This document shows positions 1-7,483 of a stretch of DNA of 64,000 nt, piece by piece. A program made the translations under genes and the position numbers. This DNA comes from Candidatus Falkowbacteria bacterium (GTDB lineage Bacteria > Patescibacteriota > Patescibacteriia > Patescibacteriales > UBA12465), in the NCBI GenBank assembly GCA_037137655.1, contig JBAXJX010000002.1, forward strand, positions 229,730 to 293,729. Reading direction: 5' to 3'. The number at the start of each line of letters is the position of its first letter. Position 1 is the first letter of the stretch. The notes under the pieces are model-generated. The model had not been told where the DNA came from, ran no database searches, and worked only from the letters and a program-made list of their open reading frames with translations.

Positions 1-426
1 GTAGCTCTGTGAGCTAAGTTCGCGTAAAAATGACCGTTTAATAGTTGCTTCAGGTAGAAGTCTGGAGCCAATCACCAAATCGTAGTCGCCGGCTATTACG
101 GGGTTTATTAGAGCGGGAATATTTTTTAGTGAAACAGCTAGGTCGATGTCCATGTAGGCTAGTATGTCGGCCGGGCTTTTTGATAGATATAATTTTAAGG
201 CCTGTCCTTTTCCGGGTGAGGTGATAAGTTCAAGATTTATTTCAGGATTATTTCTTGTTAATTTTTGAGCGATATTATTTGAATTATCGCTAGAGCCATT
301 AATAATTAAAATTATTTTCCAATCAAAATTAAAATTTTGCTCTTTTAGGTAACTTAAAAGCTTTAGAGTGTTTGACTCTATAATTTTTTCTTCATTATGA
401 ATTGGCAGGCAGAATTCAATTAGCAT
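1..426 (-). CDS. Glycosyltransferase family 2 (polyprenyl-phosphate sugar synthase-like), N-terminal part; the 3' end runs off the window
   Basis: Hand translation of the minus strand from ATG (complement of 424-426): MLIEFCLPIHNEEKIIESNTLKLL...IILIINGSSDNSNNIA...ADILAYMDIDLAVS...DLVIGSRLL. This is a GT-A type N-terminus with a DxD-like DID. It is absent from the ORF track because it is open at the window edge. Confidence 0.65.
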   Translation of the reverse strand, partial: MLIEFCLPIHNEEKIIESNTLKLLSYLKEQNFNFDWKIILIINGSSDNSNNIAQKLTRNNPEINLELITSPGKGQALKLYLSKSPADILAYMDIDLAVSLKNIPALINPVIAGDYDLVIGSRLLPEATIKRSFLRELSSQSY

Positions 427-430
427 GTAT

Positions 431-1822
431 TTAATATTTATAGATTACTGCTCCATTATTATCCCATATTTTTTGATAATTGTCTCGGATGTAAAATTCT
501 ACGGGATTATTAGGATTATGGTGAAACCTTTCTAAATAACTTGGATAAACCAAAACGGCACAACTTGGTTGATTTTTAATCATAAAGTTTTTAGCCTCGT
601 TAAATTGTTGATCCGTGAATTGAGTACTAATTAATGTATCGTATGGTGTGGCCATAATTTTCCCAGTTTCAAAATAAAGGTTTGGTAAAAAAGGTCCGAC
701 ATAAAGATATTTGTTGGGACAGTAAGCTTTAATTTTTTCTATTAGCTCGTTTTTATAAATGAAAGAGTCTAAAGAAAATTTATTGTAAAAGGCCAAGCTT
801 AAAATAGTTAAACTAAGAAGGGAGGTTATGATTAGCGTGATTAGTAGTAATTTAAGCTGGTTGTTTTTTGATTTGGTAAGTGTGCGCTCTATAACTACAA
901 ACAGTAAAATTGAAGCTGGAAACATAATTTGACTAACGTGGGCAATGTCCGGCAAGGCGTAGCTCGTTGCTAATAAAAAAAGCTGAACAATGATTAGTAG
1001 CCAAATATTTTTTGACCTTTCTTTTTTAACGGCGAAAAATAAAAGTAGTAGTAGCCAAATACTGGTTGCGACGATTAGAATGTCTAGTGGATATTGGTTA
1101 GCATTTTTATAGCCGATGAAAGGAAATATGAATAAATCGTAAAGGATGGTTTTGACGGGCCAGAGTAATAAGATACTTATAGGAATAATAGCGGTCACAC
1201 AAAATTTAAGTAGGTTTTGTAAATAAATTTTATTTTTTCCTTGCCAATAAAAAATAATGAAAGATAGAGTGATGGCGCCGAGCAGGGCAGCACCTTTTTG
1301 TTGTAAAAATAATAATGACAAGCCACCTAAAAGTCCAGCCCAGATAATATCTAATCTATTTTTATGGTCCAATGATTTTATTGTGAAAAATAGCGCCCAA
1401 ATCATAGCCACCAGATTGAAAGTATTGTGATTAATAGCAGCCCATGATCCGGACATGATCGCAATAAATAAAAAAGGGACAAGCATTAAATATTTACTCG
1501 AGCTAATTTTTTGAGAGATTTTGTAAATACCGATAGCGCCTAAGAAAATTGTGAAAATGGAAACTAGCTTGGCCACTAAAAAGCTGGGACCAAATATTTT
1601 CCAGAAGCATAAAATAAAATAAAAACTGGCTGGCGGAATAAAGGCGAAAAAATCGCGATAAATATGTAATCCTTGATATAAGCTCCAGGCGCCATTTAAG
1701 GTAACACCTTCATCGGCGCTTAAATAATGATTAAAGTTAAATAAAAAAAGTATGGCTAAAATTAATAACCACACGAATAGATTGAAAATTTTTTTCGGAT
1801 TGTTTTTAATTATTTTTAGCAT
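431..1822 (-). CDS. Polytopic membrane glycosyltransferase, GT-C fold (PMT_2 / ArnT-like, GT39/83-type)
   Basis: 463-aa ORF with more than 10 predicted TM helices. The first exposed loop carries SADEGVTLNGAWSLYQGLHIYRDFF, matching the acidic D-E loop-1 motif typical of GT-C enzymes. The start lies 4 nt after the stop of the upstream membrane protein gene region, giving tight operon packing with the GT2 gene. Confidence 0.55.
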   Translation of the reverse strand: MLKIIKNNPKKIFNLFVWLLILAILFLFNFNHYLSADEGVTLNGAWSLYQGLHIYRDFFAFIPPASFYFILCFWKIFGPSFLVAKLVSIFTIFLGAIGIYKISQKISSSKYLMLVPFLFIAIMSGSWAAINHNTFNLVAMIWALFFTIKSLDHKNRLDIIWAGLLGGLSLLFLQQKGAALLGAITLSFIIFYWQGKNKIYLQNLLKFCVTAIIPISILLLWPVKTILYDLFIFPFIGYKNANQYPLDILIVATSIWLLLLLFFAVKKERSKNIWLLIIVQLFLLATSYALPDIAHVSQIMFPASILLFVVIERTLTKSKNNQLKLLLITLIITSLLSLTILSLAFYNKFSLDSFIYKNELIEKIKAYCPNKYLYVGPFLPNLYFETGKIMATPYDTLISTQFTDQQFNEAKNFMIKNQPSCAVLVYPSYLERFHHNPNNPVEFYIRDNYQKIWDNNGAVIYKY

Positions 1823-3440
1823 AGATAACGCTAAGCTTATCCTGGTAAATAATTTTCCATTCAGCTGAGGTATTTAAATAATCTTTTAATTCGTCCTTTT
1901 TCTCATTTACCTTGTTCTCGTCAATCATGAAAAAATATTTTTCTAACCAACTAAGCTTCATTTTGTTGTCACTGTTATCTAACATGAATAATTTAATATC
2001 ATGCTTATTTATTTTGCTGCTTATTTTTATAGCATCTTTGTCGTAAAAACTTTTGTATTCTTCTAATAAACTATAATTTTCGTAATTGGCTTGAGGCATG
2101 CGACCATCGATAAAAAGTTGTCTAGTTGGATAAGTCCAAATTAGAAATCCGCCCCAAGCATAATTATTGTATAATTTGTAGCTATTGTATTGTGGGTTGT
2201 CTTGTATGAATTTTATAGCCGCACAAGGGTAGCTGCCGCAAAAATCTTGAAAAGGATTTTTAACGCTGTTGCTATCAGCTAGCTTTCCAGCACTAATTAA
2301 AATTAATATTATAATAATAAAAATTTTACCTCCTAATTTGTATAATGATTTTTTTTCTACAACTTGTGGCTTTAAATTATTGAGATCAAGAAAATCTTTA
2401 ATAAAAACAAAAATAATTGGCAGAGATATAATAACTAATAATTGTGTGTGCCGGCGCGACTTTAAAGCCATGGCACTAAAAATAAGTATGAGAGCTAAAT
2501 CTAGTAAGTCTATTTTTTTGGATTTTTTTAAGGCCAAGTAAATGTTCAGACAAATTATGGATAAGGTGAAAGAAATGAAAAGTAATTGTGCGTAACTATA
2601 AGGGAAAAACCATTGTGGCCACCACTCGGCAATTACCGTCATATAATAGGTGTTGCTGTAGGTGAATAGGAAGGAGTAAAGTTCGCCACCATATGGTGTT
2701 AATAAGGTTGTTAGTCCGGCTGCTAGTGCAAAAACAAAGAATATTGATATTTGCTTACCAGTTAAAATATTGGTGTAGTCTAAATATTTTTCCGGGATTT
2801 TTTTGTGTAAAATTAATTCCACAATTTTTACGCCAATAAAAATTCCACAAACAAAAAAGGCGATTAAAAAGGTGCCATGTAGATTTGACCACAGGTAAAG
2901 TAGCGGCAATAAAAACCATAGAATTTTATAGTTTTTATTTTTTTCATAATTTTTTATTATCAAAATAAGTAGAAGAAAAAATAGCAGGCCGATTTCTTGG
3001 AGGCGAATACCAAAACTGGGTAAGGCGGCAATAAGCGCAAAAATTTCCAAGGCCATTATTAAGTAGTCGCTATAGATACTTGTTTCACTTTGTTTTTTTA
3101 TAAAGCGATTTAACAAGAAAAGTATTAATACAATTAATAAGGAGAGGATAATTTCAATTCCTTGATATCCGGTCACGGTATAAGCTTTATACATCAGGGC
3201 CTCTGAGAGCCATTCGTGATCAACCCAACGCGCTCCAGCTAAAGTATAATTTATAGTATTAATATGTGGCACGGCGCCGGTATTGATAATTTCTTGGCCC
3301 ATTTTTAGGTGCCAGCCAAAATCAGGATCAAGGTAAGAAGCTGTACTGTTAAAGCAAATACTAAAGATAAGTAGGTAAAAAAATAACCACAGGACTGCTT
3401 GAAATTTTATTTTAGTAAAAATGTTTATATTTTTCGGCAT
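1806..3440 (-). CDS. Large polytopic membrane protein, possible second GT-C-type glycosyltransferase
   Basis: 544-aa ORF with many TM helices. It has an N-terminal exposed loop LDPDFGWHLKMGQEI...ARWVDHEWLSE and a soluble C-terminal domain. It overlaps the downstream GT-C gene by 17 nt. The function is inferred from architecture only. Confidence 0.4.
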   Translation of the reverse strand: MPKNINIFTKIKFQAVLWLFFYLLIFSICFNSTASYLDPDFGWHLKMGQEIINTGAVPHINTINYTLAGARWVDHEWLSEALMYKAYTVTGYQGIEIILSLLIVLILFLLNRFIKKQSETSIYSDYLIMALEIFALIAALPSFGIRLQEIGLLFFLLLILIIKNYEKNKNYKILWFLLPLLYLWSNLHGTFLIAFFVCGIFIGVKIVELILHKKIPEKYLDYTNILTGKQISIFFVFALAAGLTTLLTPYGGELYSFLFTYSNTYYMTVIAEWWPQWFFPYSYAQLLFISFTLSIICLNIYLALKKSKKIDLLDLALILIFSAMALKSRRHTQLLVIISLPIIFVFIKDFLDLNNLKPQVVEKKSLYKLGGKIFIIIILILISAGKLADSNSVKNPFQDFCGSYPCAAIKFIQDNPQYNSYKLYNNYAWGGFLIWTYPTRQLFIDGRMPQANYENYSLLEEYKSFYDKDAIKISSKINKHDIKLFMLDNSDNKMKLSWLEKYFFMIDENKVNEKKDELKDYLNTSAEWKIIYQDKLSVIYAKNN

Positions 3441-3465
3441 ATTGTTTGATTCTAGCTTAACATAT

Positions 3466-3494
3466 TTGTTTTAATTTTAAAAATATGCTATTAT
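3466..3494 (+). promoter_or_regulatory. Candidate sigma70-type promoter of pilin paralog 1
   Basis: TTGTTT (3466-3471), a 17-nt spacer ending in TGC, then TATTAT (3489-3494), that is, an extended -10. It is followed by the SD-like AAAGGTGGTGA 4 nt before the ATG at 3534. Confidence 0.4.
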
Positions 3495-3533
3495 TTTCAC
3501 ATATTAATATTAAAACTAGAAAGGTGGTGAATT

Positions 3534-3911
3534 ATGAAAAAATTATACAAAAATTTATTAGCTTTAGCCATTTTATCAGTACTTTTAATTCCAGCCGCAT
3601 CTTTTGCTGCTACATTAACAACTAATGACTTGGGCGCTCAATACATCCAAAACAACATTGCTTTGGGCAACAGAGATCCTCGCACCATGATCGCCACTCT
3701 TATTAATACTTCTTTAAGTATCTTAAGTATTATCGCCGTGGTTATCATTTTGATGGGTGGTTTCAAATGGATGACTTCTATGGGTAATGAGGACAAAGTT
3801 GACGAAGCAAAAAAATTGATGGGAGCCGGTGTTATCGGTTTGGTTATCATTTTAGCTGCTTGGGGTATTTCCACATTCGCAATGTCTTCATTGTTGAATG
3901 CAACTAACTAG
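3534..3911 (+). CDS. VirB2/TrbC-like pilin-family small membrane protein, paralog 1 (candidate major subunit)
   Basis: 125 aa. Signal peptide ending ASFA/A, then a two-TM hairpin module around GGFKWMTSMGNEDKVDEAKK. It is the only array member with its own promoter-like element and a strong SD. A 122-nt spacer follows it. Confidence 0.75.
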   Translation: MKKLYKNLLALAILSVLLIPAASFAATLTTNDLGAQYIQNNIALGNRDPRTMIATLINTSLSILSIIAVVIILMGGFKWMTSMGNEDKVDEAKKLMGAGVIGLVIILAAWGISTFAMSSLLNATN

Positions 3912-4033
3912 TGTTTTCTCGTTTTTCCGAAATCGATTTCGAAAAAAATGGTTTGTTCTAAGTTGGAACAAATCATTGCCTTGAATATAAAAAGCTTTGT
4001 GTTCAGAGCGATGATTAAAATCAAAATAATATT

Positions 4034-4450
4034 ATGCGCATAAAAATAATTTTAGTCTCTTTGGTTTTTTGTTTAGCTTTTACGGCTTTAGTAAACCTTG
4101 CTTTAGCCTCAGGTAGCTACGGCCTCGATGATACTGTTAAAGTCGGTAATGTTGGTGCGGCCTTAAATGTTAAACAAGTGGCTGCTGCCGGTACCCCGGG
4201 GCAATTTTTATCGTCAAAAGTTGGTCAAATTATTGGCTCTATTTTAGCTTTCATTGGTGTTATCTTCTTTATTTTAGTGATTTATGCTGGGTTTAAATGG
4301 ATGATTTCTTCTGGTAATGAAAAGACAGTGGGCGAAGCTAAGAACTTATTAATATCAGCTGTTATTGGTTTAATTATTGTTCTCTCAGCTTATTCGATAA
4401 CCGCCTTTGTTGGACGACAACTTACTACTACAAACAGCCCTAGCAAATAA
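4034..4450 (+). CDS. VirB2/TrbC-like pilin-family small membrane protein, paralog 2
   Basis: 138 aa. Signal peptide ending ALA/S; module AGFKWMISSGNEKTVGEAKN flanked by two hydrophobic helices. Confidence 0.7.
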   Translation: MRIKIILVSLVFCLAFTALVNLALASGSYGLDDTVKVGNVGAALNVKQVAAAGTPGQFLSSKVGQIIGSILAFIGVIFFILVIYAGFKWMISSGNEKTVGEAKNLLISAVIGLIIVLSAYSITAFVGRQLTTTNSPSK

Positions 4451-4472
4451 TAACCTCGTTAATTCTAATTAA

Positions 4473-4907
4473 ATGAAATTTAGAAAACTGGCTAAAATTC
4501 TTAATATCTCTCTCTTATCACTTGTCTTTGTCTTTTCCAGTTTTATACCGGGTGTTTTGGCGGCGACCGCAGCCCCAACTTATGATTTTATGAAAAATAG
4601 TGGCGTATCGGCCACAGCTCAAGGAACTGGTCATGCCAATCAAAAGATTTTTAATGGCGCACCAGGGTCAATCGATAGCGGCATTAGTTCTATGATTACC
4701 TTAATTTTGTCGTTTTTGGGTGTGATATTTTTAGTACTGATGATCTATGGCGGTGTTTTATGGATGATTGCTCAAGGCAACGAAAAGAATGTTGATCAAG
4801 CTAAAAGCATTATTACTGATGCGATTATCGGTTTGATTATTGTGGCTTCAGCTTATGCAATTTCCTACTTTGTTCTAAATGTAGCTATGCAAAATTTAAC
4901 AGCTTAA
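4473..4907 (+). CDS. VirB2/TrbC-like pilin-family small membrane protein, paralog 3
   Basis: 144 aa. Signal peptide ending VLA/A; module GGVLWMIAQGNEKNVDQAKS flanked by two hydrophobic helices. Confidence 0.7.
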   Translation: MKFRKLAKILNISLLSLVFVFSSFIPGVLAATAAPTYDFMKNSGVSATAQGTGHANQKIFNGAPGSIDSGISSMITLILSFLGVIFLVLMIYGGVLWMIAQGNEKNVDQAKSIITDAIIGLIIVASAYAISYFVLNVAMQNLTA

Positions 4908-4922
4908 GTCGGTTTAATTTTT

Positions 4923-5369
4923 ATGACAAAATTTTATAAAATTTTATTTAGTTTCTCCTTTATTTTTTTGTCATTTTTACCAGTAGCTCGTGCGGCTAAT
5001 ATGGGTGATGCTTTTTTGGTTGACGATAAACATATTTGTGCTGGACAATATCAAGACTCCTTGGATTGTGTCGCCGCTAAAGCTAATTATCAAGTTTTAA
5101 ATGAAGCTACTCCGCTGCAAATAACTAGTAATATTATTACAGTTTTATTATCACTTTTGGGTATTATATTTTTGATCTTTATGGTTTATGCTGGAATTTT
5201 ATGGACTACGGCCGGGGGTGATGAAAAAAAAGTGGAAAAAGCTAAGGCGATTATCAAGCAAACGCTTATTGGTTTAATCATTGTGTTAGGAGCGTATGCT
5301 ATATCATATTTTGTAATGGGGGCTTTGATGTCGAATGGTAAACTTGGACCAGTTACGCCTGCCGCTTAA
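4923..5369 (+). CDS. VirB2/TrbC-like pilin-family small membrane protein, paralog 4
   Basis: 148 aa. Signal peptide ending ARA/A. The variable region has 2 Cys. Module AGILWTTAGGDEKKVEKAKA flanked by two hydrophobic helices. Confidence 0.7.
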   Translation: MTKFYKILFSFSFIFLSFLPVARAANMGDAFLVDDKHICAGQYQDSLDCVAAKANYQVLNEATPLQITSNIITVLLSLLGIIFLIFMVYAGILWTTAGGDEKKVEKAKAIIKQTLIGLIIVLGAYAISYFVMGALMSNGKLGPVTPAA

Positions 5370-5400
5370 TAATGTTTATATTATTTAAAATAAAAAGTTT

Positions 5401-5850
5401 ATGAAAAAAAGACTATCCCAAATTTTTATCACTCTATGTTTAACGGCGATTTTAAGTTTACCTTATTTTGTTTTAGCGCAAACCACTGATATTACCGGTG
5501 GGACTGCTATTCCTGGTTCGTCACCGGCTAAAACTCAATCAGCTGGCGCGGGGAGCGCTTTAGATAAGTTACAACAAGTTGGCACGGTTAATGGTCCTTA
5601 TGCAGCAGCTGATTCTAGCTCGCTCGCAACAATTGTTGGTAGTATTATTAGTGTCGCTTTGAGTCTGTTGGGAATTTTATTTATAACTCTAATCGTGGTC
5701 TATGGTTATAAATGGATGTCGGCTGGTGGTGATGAAAAAGAAGTGGACTCTGCTAAAACTGCGATTAAAAACGCTGTAATTGGTTTAGTAGTAACAGTTA
5801 GTGCTTATGCTATTTGGGGATTTGTTTCTAATTACTTATTGTCACAATAA
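5401..5850 (+). CDS. VirB2/TrbC-like pilin-family small membrane protein, paralog 5
   Basis: 149 aa. Signal peptide ending VLA/Q; Gly/Ser/Thr/Ala-rich variable region; module YGYKWMSAGGDEKEVDSAKT. Confidence 0.7.
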   Translation: MKKRLSQIFITLCLTAILSLPYFVLAQTTDITGGTAIPGSSPAKTQSAGAGSALDKLQQVGTVNGPYAAADSSSLATIVGSIISVALSLLGILFITLIVVYGYKWMSAGGDEKEVDSAKTAIKNAVIGLVVTVSAYAIWGFVSNYLLSQ

Positions 5851-5856
5851 AATAAT

Positions 5857-6384
5857 ATGATAAAAAAGATAAAAAAATATTTTTTACTAATCCCGACTCT
5901 TGCCTTAGCTTTTGTGCTAATCAGTACTCCAGCTTCGGCGGCGATTTTAAAACCAGGTACTTTGGATAAAATAAATGCCTCAGCTGATCAAACTGGTGCA
6001 CAAGCTGGCTATGAAGGCACAACTGATGTGGCCGGTATTGTGGCCAATTTAATTAAAACTGCTCTAAGTCTATTGGGTGTAATTTTTGTCGTTTTAGTAA
6101 TTTTAAGCGGTTATCAATGGATGACGGCTGGTGGCGATGAAAAGGTGATCGAAACTGCTAAGAGTCGCATTAAGAATGCGGTGATTGGTCTTGTGATTGT
6201 GTTGGCGGCTTATTCCATAACTAATTTTGTCTTTAATAACCTAAGTGCTAGTACGGGTGGAAGTAATAGCGGTGGCGCTGTTGATACGACAGTGACTGGC
6301 GGGACGCCTATTGGTAGTCCTAATGGTAGTAGCGCTGGATGTACCCCCCCACAATACTTTGATGGACAGGCTTGCGTAAACTAA
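5857..6384 (+). CDS. VirB2/TrbC-like pilin-family small membrane protein, paralog 6, with a Gly/Ser-rich C-terminal tail
   Basis: 175 aa. Signal peptide ending ASA/A; module SGYQWMTAGGDEKVIETAKS. It has an extra C-terminal tail, STGGSNSGGAVDTTVTGGTPIGSPNGSSAGCTPPQYFDGQACVN, containing 2 Cys. Confidence 0.7.
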   Translation: MIKKIKKYFLLIPTLALAFVLISTPASAAILKPGTLDKINASADQTGAQAGYEGTTDVAGIVANLIKTALSLLGVIFVVLVILSGYQWMTAGGDEKVIETAKSRIKNAVIGLVIVLAAYSITNFVFNNLSASTGGSNSGGAVDTTVTGGTPIGSPNGSSAGCTPPQYFDGQACVN

Positions 6385-6401
6385 AATAATATTTTCTCAA
6401 G

Positions 6402-6434
6402 AAAAAAAGGCTTTCACATCGTGAAAGCCTTTTA
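6402..6434. terminator. Bidirectional intrinsic terminator between the pilin array and the convergent gene
   Basis: 13-bp stem aaaaggctttcac / gtgaaagcctttt (6405-6417 / 6421-6433) with a 3-nt loop. The A-run on one side and T-run on the other allow it to work on both strands. Confidence 0.7.
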
Positions 6435-6448
6435 AGTTAAATTTTTTG

Positions 6449-7282
6449 TTACCAGCCACCGTTAGCCATTGTTCCGTTCCAAGCATTAACATTACAATTA
6501 ACATGAGCGCAATAAGCTTTGTTATGATAGTAATCATTAGCTGCTCCGGCACGAACGATAATGTGTCGACCTTGTTGTTGTTGGCCGGCCACATAATAGT
6601 AAACATTGTATTCACCATTAGGAAGAAACATTTCTTTTTCTTCACCAATTTGTAAATAAACTCTAGTAGCCATGGCTCCTTTGATGTTTTTTGAATTAGC
6701 ATCAGCTGGAGTAATTTCCACATAAGCTTGTGGAGTTTGTCCATAACGTGTACTTCGAGCTGCTTGTCCGGATGCGGTGTAAGTGAATAAGCAGTTAGGT
6801 CTCATTTGCATTAAACCCATTGAATCTTTAGCCATTTGTGCAAGTTGCATATTGGCAACGGTGTTTGAGTACTGCGCTTGATTAACATAATTGTTAACAT
6901 TGATAGTATTCATTTTTACACGTTGACCTCTTTCAGTTGTTTTTCCGATTGTCTCAACTTGATTTTTAGCGATAGAAGGAATTGGTGCTGGCTTTTCAGC
7001 TTTAGCCACCTTTTCTTCTGGTGCTTTAACTTCTTTGGCTGGAGTTCGAAAGGCGATTTCTTGTTTTAAAGAATCGATGTCTTTGTTGAGTTGTGCAACT
7101 CTGTCTGACCAAAGAAACTTTTTAGCTTCTTTTAAAGAGTCTTGTTTAATTGCAATTTGTTCTTTAAAACCTTTTATTTGTTCTTCACCATTTGTTTGTG
7201 CTTTTCCGCTTAATACTACGAATAACATAAACATAATCATTGCTGGAATAACGAATATTCCTTTTGCTCTTGTTGCTCCCAT
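6449..7282 (-). CDS. Hypothetical exported or membrane-anchored protein (N-terminal TM, coiled-coil segment, Lys/Pro/Glu-rich linker, beta-rich C-terminal domain)
   Basis: 277-aa ORF. SD TAAGGAGGG (complement of 7294-7302) lies 11 nt upstream of the ATG, and a perfect consensus promoter lies upstream. I recognise no family. Confidence 0.6.
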   Translation of the reverse strand: MGATRAKGIFVIPAMIMFMLFVVLSGKAQTNGEEQIKGFKEQIAIKQDSLKEAKKFLWSDRVAQLNKDIDSLKQEIAFRTPAKEVKAPEEKVAKAEKPAPIPSIAKNQVETIGKTTERGQRVKMNTINVNNYVNQAQYSNTVANMQLAQMAKDSMGLMQMRPNCLFTYTASGQAARSTRYGQTPQAYVEITPADANSKNIKGAMATRVYLQIGEEKEMFLPNGEYNVYYYVAGQQQQGRHIIVRAGAANDYYHNKAYCAHVNCNVNAWNGTMANGGW

Positions 7283-7353
7283 AATCTGTAAAGCCCTCCT
7301 TAGGCTGGTTTTTTATATTTGATTCTTAATGTACATTCAATTTAACTAAAATA

Positions 7354-7382
7354 ATTATATCACGTTTTTCATCAAATGTCAA
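7354..7382 (-). promoter_or_regulatory. Perfect consensus sigma70-type promoter (TTGACA-17-TATAAT) for gene 6449-7282
   Basis: On the minus strand: TTGACA (complement of 7377-7382), a 17-nt spacer, TATAAT (complement of 7354-7359). The 19-nt core ataattatatcacgttttt (7351-7369) is repeated exactly at 48066-48084. Confidence 0.7.
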
Positions 7383-7424
7383 TACTGAGTGGCTAAAGTC
7401 CCATAAATAGGCCTTTTATCGACT

Positions 7425-7453
7425 TTGACAAAAGCCACTAAGTGAACTAAAAT
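7425..7453 (+). promoter_or_regulatory. Candidate promoter of glyA-folD-recQ
   Basis: TTGACA (7425-7430), a 17-nt spacer, TAAAAT (7448-7453). It is divergent and back-to-back with the 7354-7382 promoter. Confidence 0.5.
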
Positions 7454-7483
7454 TAAGATATTAATTATTAATAAAAAACGTCT

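Noticed and set aside
3534-6384. Annotating the pilin array as part of a type IV secretion system or conjugative element.
   Set aside because: Only the pilin-like subunits are present. There is no VirB4/VirD4 ATPase, VirB6/8/9/10, relaxase, integrase or oriT-like repeat in 64 kb, and the flanks are housekeeping genes. The T4SS label would be over-interpretation.
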